Shown: one piece after another, positions 8,953-17,342 of the stretch | Numbering within the stretch: position 1 is the first letter of the stretch | Layout of the letters: every line of letters starts with the position of its first letter | Origin: Thermodesulfobacteriota bacterium | GTDB taxonomy: Bacteria; Desulfobacterota; Binatia; Bin18 | DNA length: 64,000 bases | Reading direction: 5' to 3' | Assembly: GCA_964291405.2 (NCBI GenBank) | Contig: OZ219926.1 | Location: 1,888,001-1,952,000 of the forward strand | Position numbers and translations under genes: made by a program | The notes under the pieces: generated by a model | The model's input: the letters and a program-made list of their open reading frames with translations, nothing else | Told to the model about the DNA's origin: nothing | Database searches by the model: none

Positions 8953-9058
8953 AGGCGGTGACCGGAGTCGAACCGGCTTCGACGCGAATGCCCTGGAAAG
9001 CTCTCGCGCCGAACCAAGGGTTGCCAGCCCTGTGCCTTAACCGTTCAGCCACACCGCC
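8953..9058 (-). tRNA. Non-canonical tRNA-like gene: anticodon GGC, U73, ~38-nt variable arm, no encoded CCA
   Basis: Acceptor GGCGGTG/CACCGCC. D-arm GCTGAACGGTTAAGGC. Anticodon arm (C)AGGG-CTGGCAA-CCCT(T). Variable stem TTCGGCGCGA...TCGCGTCGAA. T-arm GCCGG-TTCGACT-CCGGT. Confidence 0.8.
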
Positions 9059-9066
9059 TAACACTG

Positions 9067-9099
9067 AAGCAGCCCTGGGGATGTATCCCAGGGCTGCTT
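9067..9099. terminator. Perfect 13-bp hairpin next to the tRNA-like gene
   Basis: AAGCAGCCCTGGG-GATGTAT-CCCAGGGCTGCTT followed by TATTT on the plus strand. Confidence 0.55.
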
Positions 9100-9236
9100 T
9101 ATTTGTGCTATGTTATTTCTTGTGTGTCAAGCGACAGTGACCACAATATATAGTATGTACTCTATCCGCGTGATCTCGCTTGATTATTAGCTTGTCTGTC
9201 AATCATATTATTTGGGTAACATTGTATATAATTCCC

Positions 9237-9299
9237 TCCGAGGAGGGGAGCTTTTTTATCCCCTCTTGGGAGGGGTGCCGCGCAGCGGCGGGGTGGGTT
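9237..9299. repeat. REP-like element, right part
   Basis: TCCGAGGAGGGGAGC...ATCCCCTCTTGGGAGGGGTGCCGCG...GGGGTGGGTT matches 35590-35653. Confidence 0.85.
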
Positions 9300-9322
9300 C
9301 TTTAACCCCTAACCCCCAACTC

Positions 9323-10318
9323 CTAATACCCCCCGCGCTTGTCCACGACATTGTCCATGGGCTCGCCGCGCAGGTACTGGCCCAGAATCGGTTGGAACAG
9401 GGCCACCGCATGCTCCCAATAGTGAGAGCGAATGCCGGAATAATGCGGGGTGAGAATAACATTCGGCAGGTGGAATAACTCGCTGTCCGCCTCCGGTGGC
9501 TCGGGGTCGGTGACGTCCAACCCGGCCCCGCCGAGACGGTCTTCTTTGAGGGCCTGGATGAGAGCCGCTTCCTGAATAATCGCGCCGCGACCGACGTTCA
9601 GGATAAAAGCCCCAGGCTTCATCAACCGCAGTTCGGGCTCTCCGATCAGGCCCCTGGTTTCCGGCGTCAGCGGGGCGGCAACCACCACATAGTCCGACTG
9701 GGCCAAGAGCTGGGGCAGGCCGTCCAGCCCGAGCAATTCATCCACACAGGCCGGCTTGTCGCCACCCCGTCGTTTGTTGGCAACCACCCGCATGCCAAGC
9801 GCCTGACAGCGTTCGGCCACGGCCAGGCCAATACTGCCCAGCCCGATAATGCCGACGGTCCGACCGTGCAGCTCGGCAATCAGCGAAAACCGGCTGATCA
9901 TTTCCTGGCGCGCCCACTTGCCTTCCCCCTGGAGGCGGTACGCCTCGTGCAGGCGGCGCGCAAACATGAGCATCATGCCCAGCACGTGCTCGGCAATCGG
10001 AATGCCGTACAGGCCACGCGAGTTGGTGACAATGACCTCGCTCTCGACCAGCTCCGGAAACAAGACGTGCGTGGCTCCGGCCGAGGTGAGGTGCAGCCAT
10101 TTGAGCTGGGTGGCGACAGCCAAGTCCTTTTTGCTGAATCGGACGGCGCACAGCACCTCGGTATCGGCCAGTTCGGCCAGCCGCCGGTCCGGGTCCTGGA
10201 TCAGATTGATGTATGCCTGCGGAAATTCGTCTTGCAGTTGCCGGACGAGCGCCAGGGGAAAATCCGGCCAGCCGGCCAGCCCGGCCGCGCCGGCAAACGA
10301 AATACTCACCTTGGTCAT
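9323..10318 (-). CDS. D-2-hydroxyacid dehydrogenase
   Basis: GIIGLGSIG, PLTPETRGLI, LNVGRG, GAGLDV, LTPHYSG. Start MTKVS at 10318 with RBS AGAGGA. Confidence 0.92.
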   Translation of the reverse strand: MTKVSISFAGAAGLAGWPDFPLALVRQLQDEFPQAYINLIQDPDRRLAELADTEVLCAVRFSKKDLAVATQLKWLHLTSAGATHVLFPELVESEVIVTNSRGLYGIPIAEHVLGMMLMFARRLHEAYRLQGEGKWARQEMISRFSLIAELHGRTVGIIGLGSIGLAVAERCQALGMRVVANKRRGGDKPACVDELLGLDGLPQLLAQSDYVVVAAPLTPETRGLIGEPELRLMKPGAFILNVGRGAIIQEAALIQALKEDRLGGAGLDVTDPEPPEADSELFHLPNVILTPHYSGIRSHYWEHAVALFQPILGQYLRGEPMDNVVDKRGGY

Positions 10319-10337
10319 AGTGGTCCTCTTGACGGGC

Positions 10338-10874
10338 CTATCCGCTACCTTCCATTTGCGTGTCTCGCCAATAGCTCCACGGCACGGGATAGTGCACCAG
10401 TTCCAATTTGATGCCGTCCGGGTCGGCAAAGAACACGGCGTAATAATGCGGCCCATATTCGGGATAGTCCGCCGGCGGATCGAGGACGGTGATACCCTCG
10501 GCCAGCAGAAAATCGTGAAAGCGGTCCACATCGGCCTTCTGCCTGACCTTGAGGGCCAGATGGTGCAGGCCGGGGCGAAAGCGGTTATGGCCGAGCGCTT
10601 TTTCTTCGTCCGCGGCTTCCTTGATGCCGATAATCAGGTGGGCGTTATGGAAACCATTGTAATGCGGATGGACGAGCTTGCGAAATCCGAGCGCGCCCAG
10701 AATTTTTTCATAAAAGGGCAGCGAACGGCTCAAATCCGTGACCGTCAGGTCCAGATGATCAACGCCCAGAACCTCAAAGGTCTCGAAATCAGGACCGATC
10801 GTTTCCAGCGGAACCGAGCCCGGAATGACCGCGCTTTTCAGATGGTCGGCGTGAAAGAGTTCGGATGGAGACAT
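10338..10874 (-). CDS. VOC family protein
   Basis: DHLDLTVTDLSRSLPFY, GLHHLAL, YYAVFFADPDGIKLELV. Confidence 0.88.
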   Translation of the reverse strand: MSPSELFHADHLKSAVIPGSVPLETIGPDFETFEVLGVDHLDLTVTDLSRSLPFYEKILGALGFRKLVHPHYNGFHNAHLIIGIKEAADEEKALGHNRFRPGLHHLALKVRQKADVDRFHDFLLAEGITVLDPPADYPEYGPHYYAVFFADPDGIKLELVHYPVPWSYWRDTQMEGSG

Positions 10875-11000
10875 CGCAATCCTCCTTTGCCTGAGCAGAC
10901 TGCGTACAGGTGCCCCCAGGCCCGGGAGCGTTCACCCGGTGTCGTCCCGTCTATGGGAGCGGCACCCTGGGTGAGCGCTCTCGGAGCCCTGGAATGGCTC

Positions 11001-13403
11001 CTAATCCAGCACCTTCTCTTCTTTGAGCCGCGCAATCTCTTCCGACGCATAGCCTAGCACGTCCCGCATGATCTCGTCCGTATGCTGGCCGAGCAGCGGC
11101 GCGGGCGCGCGAACGCCGTTGGGCGATTCGGCCAGTAACCAGGGGATGCCCATATGCAGCCGGGAGCCGACTTCCGGATGCGGCAGGCGCGAAAACGCCC
11201 CACGCGCCTCCAACTGCTTGTCCTCTGCCAGGTCAGACGCACTTAGCGCCGGAAAGGCGGCCACACCCGCCTCCTGGAGCAGCTGCGTTATTGCCCAGCG
11301 GTCGCGCTGGCCGGTCCACGCGGTCAGCAGTTTTTCCAGCTCGTCTTCGTTCGCTTTCCGATCAGAAGCGGTATCAAAGCGCGGGTCACTCGCCAGTTGA
11401 GGCTCGCCCATAGCCTGACACAGGGCCTGCCATTCTTCGTCCGAGCCACACGCGATCGAGACCCAGGCGTCTTCGCCCGCGCAACGAAAACAGTTGTGCG
11501 GGGCCATGACGGGATCGTGGTTGCCATCGCGCTGGGGCTGGGTGCCGTTCATGACGTAGTCCATCCAGCCTTCGGACACCAGGGCCGCCACCGCGTCAAA
11601 CAGCGACACATCAATATACTGGCCCTGGCCGGTGCGTTTCCGGGCGACCAGCGCGGCACAGACTGCCGCAGCGGCGTGAATGCCGCTGTTCGGGTCGCCG
11701 TACGAAATTCCGACCTCTTGCGGCGAGCCGCCCTTATAGCCGCTCAGGGAAGATAAACCGCTGACCGGAGCCATGGCCGGGCCATAGCCCATATATTTTT
11801 TCCGCGGGCCGGAATGGCCGAAGCCCGATATCGAAGCCACGATGATATCCGGCTTGATCTGCTTGAGCTCGTCGTAGCTGAGCCCCAGGTTGTCCATCAC
11901 GCCGGTCGCAAAATTATCCACCACCACATCGCTCTGCCTGATGAGCTCTTTGATAATCTCCATCCCCTTTGGTTTGGCGACGTTGAGCAGCAGACTTTTC
12001 TTGCCCATGCTCCACTCGTTGAAAATACCGGAGCGATTCACCCCGGCTTCCATACCCTTCGGGTAGATCGGCAGCCGACGGGTAATATCCACCCGCGCGT
12101 TGGATTCGATCTTAATCACCTCAGCCCCCAGGTGGGCCAGATGCATGGTGCCAAACGGCCCGGCCCAAACCCAGGTAAAATCCGTTACCCGCACGCCTGC
12201 CAGGGGCAGACGGGAGTTGGGGGTTGAGGATTGGGGGTTGGAGGGACGTGACGGGCTTGGCAGTTCGGCGAAGACTTCGGCAGTATGCTCTCCCTGTTGT
12301 GGGGCAGGCCGGCGAACCTGCCACCACGGCTCGCGCAGTCGGTAGGGTGCGCCGAGCTGGGTCAGCTTGCCCGCTTTGGGATGTTCCACATCCACGAAAA
12401 ACCCGCGCGCGCGGAGATGCTCGTCTTCGGCAAGCTGGGCCATGGTCTGCACCGGAGCAAAACAGATCCTCCGCTCCTGGCCCATCCGAAACAGTTCATG
12501 CACCTTCTGCTGCTGGAACCACTCATCCAGATACATTTTAAGCACGTCCTGGTTCTTGGCCCGCTCTATCCCGCCCTGAAAGATCTCCCAGCTCCCCCAC
12601 TCGGGATTCCCCATGAGGTCAACCAGGCGTTCCCACTGGTCTTCTTCCGCAACGACCAGGAAGATCAGGCCGTCCTGACACTCATAAATACCCCACGGGT
12701 ACAACAGCCGTTTGCCCAGGCGCGAGGCGACCCGCTCGCTATACGTATAATGGACGAAGCTCTGTTCCATAAAAGAGGACACATAGGCTTGAGTGCTGAG
12801 ATCAATATGTTCTCCACGCCCGGTTTCCAGCGCCCTATAATAGGCGCCAAGCGTTGCGACCGTGGCGGCTAGCCCGCCTTGGAATCCCGTCTGATGGCCA
12901 TACGCCTTGAGGGGCGGCAGATCCGGATAGTCTGACGCTCCGGGGCTCAACCACGCCCAGCCACCAGCGTTGGCGACGGTGAGGTCGTACGCCTTGTAGT
13001 CTTTATATGGCCCGGTCAGACCAAATGGCGTAATCGAACACATCACCAGCCGTGGGTTGAGAGCACGAAAGGCCGGATAATCGATACCCAGTTCCGCCAT
13101 ACGTGGCGGTGCATAATCATGAACCAGGATGTCGGCCCACTGCACAAGGTGAGAGAGGCGGTCTTGCTCCTGCGTCACGTCAAGCGTGACGCTACGCTTA
13201 TTGGTATTGAGGGATAAAAAGAGTCCGCTCTGCTCGGGGTCTGCTTTACCGTCAGGAAAAGGCCCGCGCCAACGGGACTGGTCGCCGCCCGGCTCTTCGG
13301 CCTTGACGACATTCGCGCCAAGGTCGGCCATGAGTTTTGTCGCGTAGGCTGCCGAAGCAAGATGGCCGAGTTCCAGTACTTTGACACCTTCAAGACCCTG
13401 CAT
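11001..13403 (-). CDS. Tandem two-domain class III CoA-transferase
   Basis: Two CaiB/BaiF repeats: LEGVKVLEL...NTNKRSVTLD and LAGVRVTDF...YGDPNSG...APLLGQHT. Confidence 0.92.
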   Translation of the reverse strand: MQGLEGVKVLELGHLASAAYATKLMADLGANVVKAEEPGGDQSRWRGPFPDGKADPEQSGLFLSLNTNKRSVTLDVTQEQDRLSHLVQWADILVHDYAPPRMAELGIDYPAFRALNPRLVMCSITPFGLTGPYKDYKAYDLTVANAGGWAWLSPGASDYPDLPPLKAYGHQTGFQGGLAATVATLGAYYRALETGRGEHIDLSTQAYVSSFMEQSFVHYTYSERVASRLGKRLLYPWGIYECQDGLIFLVVAEEDQWERLVDLMGNPEWGSWEIFQGGIERAKNQDVLKMYLDEWFQQQKVHELFRMGQERRICFAPVQTMAQLAEDEHLRARGFFVDVEHPKAGKLTQLGAPYRLREPWWQVRRPAPQQGEHTAEVFAELPSPSRPSNPQSSTPNSRLPLAGVRVTDFTWVWAGPFGTMHLAHLGAEVIKIESNARVDITRRLPIYPKGMEAGVNRSGIFNEWSMGKKSLLLNVAKPKGMEIIKELIRQSDVVVDNFATGVMDNLGLSYDELKQIKPDIIVASISGFGHSGPRKKYMGYGPAMAPVSGLSSLSGYKGGSPQEVGISYGDPNSGIHAAAAVCAALVARKRTGQGQYIDVSLFDAVAALVSEGWMDYVMNGTQPQRDGNHDPVMAPHNCFRCAGEDAWVSIACGSDEEWQALCQAMGEPQLASDPRFDTASDRKANEDELEKLLTAWTGQRDRWAITQLLQEAGVAAFPALSASDLAEDKQLEARGAFSRLPHPEVGSRLHMGIPWLLAESPNGVRAPAPLLGQHTDEIMRDVLGYASEEIARLKEEKVLD

Positions 13404-13681
13404 AAACTCCCTCCTTTACCGGAGCGGATCAGACACTCCGACGTTTGGCCCAGTATCGATTAGCGCAAACGTTTCTAACACTCATCGAACGAATTGCCTA
13501 ATGTTTTTCTTGGTTCTATCCTGACTCGCGATTTGCTCTCTTGCTAGGACCTGGGGTAGTATTCCTGTCCACGGATTGAAAGAGTAAACATGTCCTTCCC
13601 TGATTCCAAGCTGTTGTACACGTTTACTCTTTGAGGTCAATCCGGAAGGGACACTTCGTGGCAGAGAGCTGGAGCAGTCAT

Positions 13682-14149
13682 ATGAGTCGGATACGCCGTC
13701 ATCTCTTCTTGGGAATCAGTCTGTTGGGCATCGGTCTGCTGGCCGGCATTGGAGGGGAGCCTGTCCGGGCAGACGACCTGGCTGATATCCAACAGGCATA
13801 TGAGGCGGATATCCGATTGTTCAACGGACAAGACCCAACGACGTTCACGGCCACAGCCCACGAAAATGTTGTCTTATTCGGCACCCTGTCTCCCTTTGCC
13901 GTCGAAGGGAAAGCCGCCATTCAACAACTCGTGCAGGAGTATTTTACGAACCACGATTACGTCAAATGGCGGTCGGCAAACGCGAAATTCCTGGTGATTG
14001 AAACGAGCGGGCTGGCGTGGGGCCATTATACCGTGCGAGAGCAGCCGCGGGTTGGACCGCGGCGGATACTGCATGGCCGCTATACCTTTACCTATGCCAA
14101 GGAGGGGGACAAATGGTTGGTCGTTGCCTTGGACTTCTCTCCACTGTAA
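13682..14149 (+). CDS. Exported NTF2/SnoaL-like protein
   Basis: Signal-peptide-like N-terminus, GKAAIQ, GRYTFTYAKEGDKWLVVALDFS. Confidence 0.8.
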   Translation: MSRIRRHLFLGISLLGIGLLAGIGGEPVRADDLADIQQAYEADIRLFNGQDPTTFTATAHENVVLFGTLSPFAVEGKAAIQQLVQEYFTNHDYVKWRSANAKFLVIETSGLAWGHYTVREQPRVGPRRILHGRYTFTYAKEGDKWLVVALDFSPL

Positions 14150-14205
14150 TGCGGACAAGCCGCAGCCGACAAAGCGGGAACGCGATGAGAATACGGTGAG
14201 GGAAG

Positions 14206-14664
14206 ATGACGCTGCTACGAATCTACCTTGTGTGCGCCTGGGTCCTCGTGCTGGGTGGGCTGTCTCCGGCCCTCGGGCAATCGGAACGCGAGGCCCTCAT
14301 TGCTGCTTTCAACGCCGAGATTGAAGCCCTCAATACTGGAGACCTGAACGCGGCAGTTGTCGCTGTCCACGACAAAATCGTCCTGTATGGACTGTACTCG
14401 CCGTTTCCCATCGAGGGGAAGGAGGCGTTCCAACAGGCTGTTCAGGAATACTTCGATGAACAGGAACACGCCACACTCGAAATCGTCCATCCGAGATATC
14501 GCCTGACCGGGGCAACCGGGGTGGCGTGGGGCCACTACCAGCTCACACGAAAACTCAAGGGTGAGCCGGTCGATATCACGCCCGGCCAGTATATGCTGAC
14601 CTATGTGCAGATCGACGGCGCCTGGCTGGTTATGAGCATGCACTTTGCGCCCTTACCGCAATAA
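14206..14664 (+). CDS. Exported NTF2/SnoaL-like protein (paralog of the previous gene)
   Basis: SPFPIEGKEAFQQAVQEYF, AWGHY, YVQIDGAWLVMSMHF. Confidence 0.8.
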   Translation: MTLLRIYLVCAWVLVLGGLSPALGQSEREALIAAFNAEIEALNTGDLNAAVVAVHDKIVLYGLYSPFPIEGKEAFQQAVQEYFDEQEHATLEIVHPRYRLTGATGVAWGHYQLTRKLKGEPVDITPGQYMLTYVQIDGAWLVMSMHFAPLPQ

Positions 14665-14728
14665 ACGCCGTTGGCTGACGGTCGGGGTGAAGAGACATGT
14701 CGGGCGCATCCGCTGCACCCGATATAAA

Positions 14729-15838
14729 CTAGTTCAGCCCATAAAACTGCTTCGCGCTCTCCGCTAAGACCTTGTGCTTGTTCTCGTCCGAGAGCTTTTC
14801 GGCAATCATTTGCGGAGCCCCAGGGAAGAAGCCGTCCGGGTGCGGATAATCGGTGGCCCACAGAATCTTTTCCGCGCCAACATAGTCCACCAGGTGGGCT
14901 AAGCTGCCCTCAACCGGTTCGTACGAAATCCAGCACTGGCGCTTGAAATACTCGCTCGGGAGCAGCGTGAGAGGTGAGTCCGTAAACACCCCATGGTCGT
15001 CGCAGTGGCGGTCCATGCGATCCAGCCAGGGCGCAATCCAGCCGCCTCCCGACTCCAAAAACGCAATGCGCAACTTCGGAAAACGCTCGCACACGCCGTC
15101 CCAGATGATACTCAAACTCGCCAGCATCATTTCCACGGTATGCGAAACAATATGACGCGGGGCCAGCTCCTCAAAGCGGTCGGCTCCCGCCGCCGGCATC
15201 CCACCCGTCCCCTCGTGAACGCCGATGGCAAAGTCGAGCTCTTGGGCTTCGGCCCAGAAGACGTCGTAATCGCGATGCCCTAGCATACGATCATTATACG
15301 GGTTCGGGCGCAGAAAACCGCTCCGCATCCCCAGTTCATTCCGAGCGTAGCGCATTTCTTCGATAGCCAGCTCGATGGATTGCATGGGCAGCATGGCCAC
15401 ACCGAACAGCCGGTCAGGATAGGGCTTGCAGTAATCGGCCAGCCAACGGTTATACGCTCGGCAGGTGGCCGCGGCGAGTTGAGGGTCTTCTATGGCGCCG
15501 GAAAAAAGGCCCAGGGTGGGATACAGAAAAACGGCGTCTATGCCGTCCAGTTCCATATCCGGCATCCGTGCGTGCGGGTCAAAACCGCCCTTCCGGCCTT
15601 CGGTGTATTTAATATCGGTCGAAGCCCTGCCATCCCGCGCGCCAATGGCACCGGCAAATCCTAGCCCTTTTTGTCCGCCCAAGACGCGGCCTTCAATCCG
15701 CAGGCGCTCTTTGCCATCCGTATCGACTATCAGTTCGGGCACCCGGTCCCGGTAGGCCGGATCAATATAGTCGGCCCAAAAATCGGGTGGTTCCAAGACG
15801 TGGCCGTCCGAATCAATAACATTATAAGTACGACTCAT
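14729..15838 (-). CDS. Amidohydrolase_2 family protein
   Basis: IDSDGHVLEP, RAYNRWLADYC, ERFPKLRIAFLESG, WATDYPHPD. Confidence 0.92.
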   Translation of the reverse strand: MSRTYNVIDSDGHVLEPPDFWADYIDPAYRDRVPELIVDTDGKERLRIEGRVLGGQKGLGFAGAIGARDGRASTDIKYTEGRKGGFDPHARMPDMELDGIDAVFLYPTLGLFSGAIEDPQLAAATCRAYNRWLADYCKPYPDRLFGVAMLPMQSIELAIEEMRYARNELGMRSGFLRPNPYNDRMLGHRDYDVFWAEAQELDFAIGVHEGTGGMPAAGADRFEELAPRHIVSHTVEMMLASLSIIWDGVCERFPKLRIAFLESGGGWIAPWLDRMDRHCDDHGVFTDSPLTLLPSEYFKRQCWISYEPVEGSLAHLVDYVGAEKILWATDYPHPDGFFPGAPQMIAEKLSDENKHKVLAESAKQFYGLN

Positions 15839-16009
15839 TGGCGTTCCCTCCCTGCTCATCGCAACGCGTTGCCTTGCCTCCTACCACCTTCTCCGGAGGG
15901 GTACAAGCTTTGCCCGCCCGTGTCGGTATGCCCGTACGACTTGAAACCTACCGGGGCAAGACATATGCTCCCGGTAACAATTTTCCTATCTCTAAAGGAG
16001 GAACGACGC

Positions 16010-16750
16010 ATGAGACCACCAGAAGTTCAATCCAGTATGATGCAGTATCCCGGCCAGGGAGATACGCCGGTCAACGCCTACCTGAGCCAGCCCACCACCG
16101 ATGGTCCGCATCCCGGCGTGATCGTCATCATGGAGGCCTTTGGCTTAAACGATCATATCAAAGACGTGGCCGACCGGTTTGCCCGCGAAGGCTATATTGC
16201 GCTGGCACCGGATATGTATACGCGCGAGGGCAACCCCGACCCCACCGATATCAACGATGTCATCAAAGTGATGTTCTCCGTCCCGGACTCTCAGGCCATG
16301 GCCGACCTGGACGCCGCGGCCCAGTATATCAAGGGTCAGGCGGGCTCCAACGGGAAAGTGGGCGCCATCGGCTTTTGTTCCGGTGGACGCTACACCCTGA
16401 TGTTTGGCTGCACGAGTCAAAACCTGGATGCCGCGGTAGATTCGGCCGGCGGTTTCATCATTCAGGACGATTTTCCGCCGACCCGCCCGACCTCGCCTAT
16501 TGATCTGGTCAAGGACCTGTCCTGTCCCTTGCTTGGCTTATTTGGCGAAGAGGACCCCAATCCTTCACCTGAACACGCCGACCGCCTCAAAGAGGAGCTC
16601 GACAAGCACGGCAAGACGTATGAGATGCGCATGTATCCCAACGCCGGCCACGCCTTTTTCGCTGACTATCGGGATAGCTACCGTCCGGTAGCCGCCCAGG
16701 ATATGTGGCATCGCGTGCTGCTGTTCTATGGCAAACATCTCAGCAACTAG
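16010..16750 (+). CDS. Dienelactone hydrolase family protein
   Basis: EAFGLN, GFCSGG nucleophile, FGEED, AGHAF. RBS AGGAGG. Confidence 0.92.
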   Translation: MRPPEVQSSMMQYPGQGDTPVNAYLSQPTTDGPHPGVIVIMEAFGLNDHIKDVADRFAREGYIALAPDMYTREGNPDPTDINDVIKVMFSVPDSQAMADLDAAAQYIKGQAGSNGKVGAIGFCSGGRYTLMFGCTSQNLDAAVDSAGGFIIQDDFPPTRPTSPIDLVKDLSCPLLGLFGEEDPNPSPEHADRLKEELDKHGKTYEMRMYPNAGHAFFADYRDSYRPVAAQDMWHRVLLFYGKHLSN

Positions 16751-16759
16751 CCTAATCTT

Positions 16760-16809
16760 CCTCTGGGAGAGGGCCGGGGTGAGGTGGCCTGTGTGGGCCG
16801 GCCTCACCC
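16760..16809. repeat. REP-like palindrome
   Basis: GGGTGAGG...CCTCACCC with inner GGCC hairpin, plus CCTCTGGGAGAGGG. Confidence 0.45.
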
Positions 16810-16837
16810 ATCAATAACCATAGAAGGAGAGATCCCC

Positions 16838-17332
16838 ATGGCAGTAGAAAAATTTCCCGTCGAGGCGAGCCATATCCTCATGTTTGCTCGTTCCGTGGGC
16901 GACTATAACGAGATTTATGCCGACGAAGAGTACGCCAAGACCACCGAGCCTGGGTCCGTTATTGCCCCACCGACCTTTGTTCAGGCGAGTGCCCAGTTTG
17001 ATCCCGATTATTTTCTGCGGCCCAAACCGGGCAAGCCCTGGTTCGGCTCGGGCAAAGAACCCACAGGCGTGAAAAAAGAAGACAGCGGCGGGGGTGGAGG
17101 CGGCGGGGGTGGCCTGCATGCCGAGCAGCACTATATCTACCACCGGCATCCCAAACCGGGCGATGTCCTGACCGCCACGGTAAAACCGGGTAAGAAATGG
17201 GAAAAACAGGGCAAGCGTTCAGGCAAGTTGCTCTTTTCCGAGACCATTACCGAGTATCGCGATCAGAGCGGTGAACTGGTTGTCACCGCCCGGAGCGTTG
17301 GCGTTCAAACCGAGCGTCCCGTCGATCAGTAG
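16838..17332 (+). CDS. MaoC-like dehydratase, N-terminal-type subunit
   Basis: FARSVGDYNEIY, APPTF, LHAEQHY. Confidence 0.85.
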   Translation: MAVEKFPVEASHILMFARSVGDYNEIYADEEYAKTTEPGSVIAPPTFVQASAQFDPDYFLRPKPGKPWFGSGKEPTGVKKEDSGGGGGGGGGLHAEQHYIYHRHPKPGDVLTATVKPGKKWEKQGKRSGKLLFSETITEYRDQSGELVVTARSVGVQTERPVDQ

Positions 17333-17342
17333 GAGGGAAAAC

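Larger units (their letters stand above)
6799..9236 (-). mobile_element. IS1595-family element with passenger genes and a tRNA-like gene (2438 bp)
   Basis: TIRs GGGAATTATATACGGTCTTACCCAA (6799-6823) and TTGGGTAACATTGTATATAATTCCC (9212-9236). TSD TCCGAGGA at 6791-6798 and 9237-9244. Interior visibly more AT-rich than the flanks. Confidence 0.92.

Noticed and set aside
8953-9058. Ordinary tRNA-Ala, tRNA-Cys or selC, or an integration att site
   Set aside because: Lacks G3:U70, the GCA anticodon and the UCA anticodon. It lies inside the TIRs, and its 3' end is not duplicated in the window.
8958-9140. 60-aa ORF MTGVEPAST...
   Set aside because: Typical antisense translation of a tRNA T-arm.
9212-9478. 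Short ORFs containing PTPPLRGTPPKRG / PLLGGVPR
   Set aside because: Translations of the REP-like repeat. The same applies to the N-terminal extension of ORF 35423..36523.
17084-17113. Poly-Gly tract in the MaoC-like gene
   Set aside because: Mixed Gly codons in a flexible loop; not a phase-variable homopolymer.
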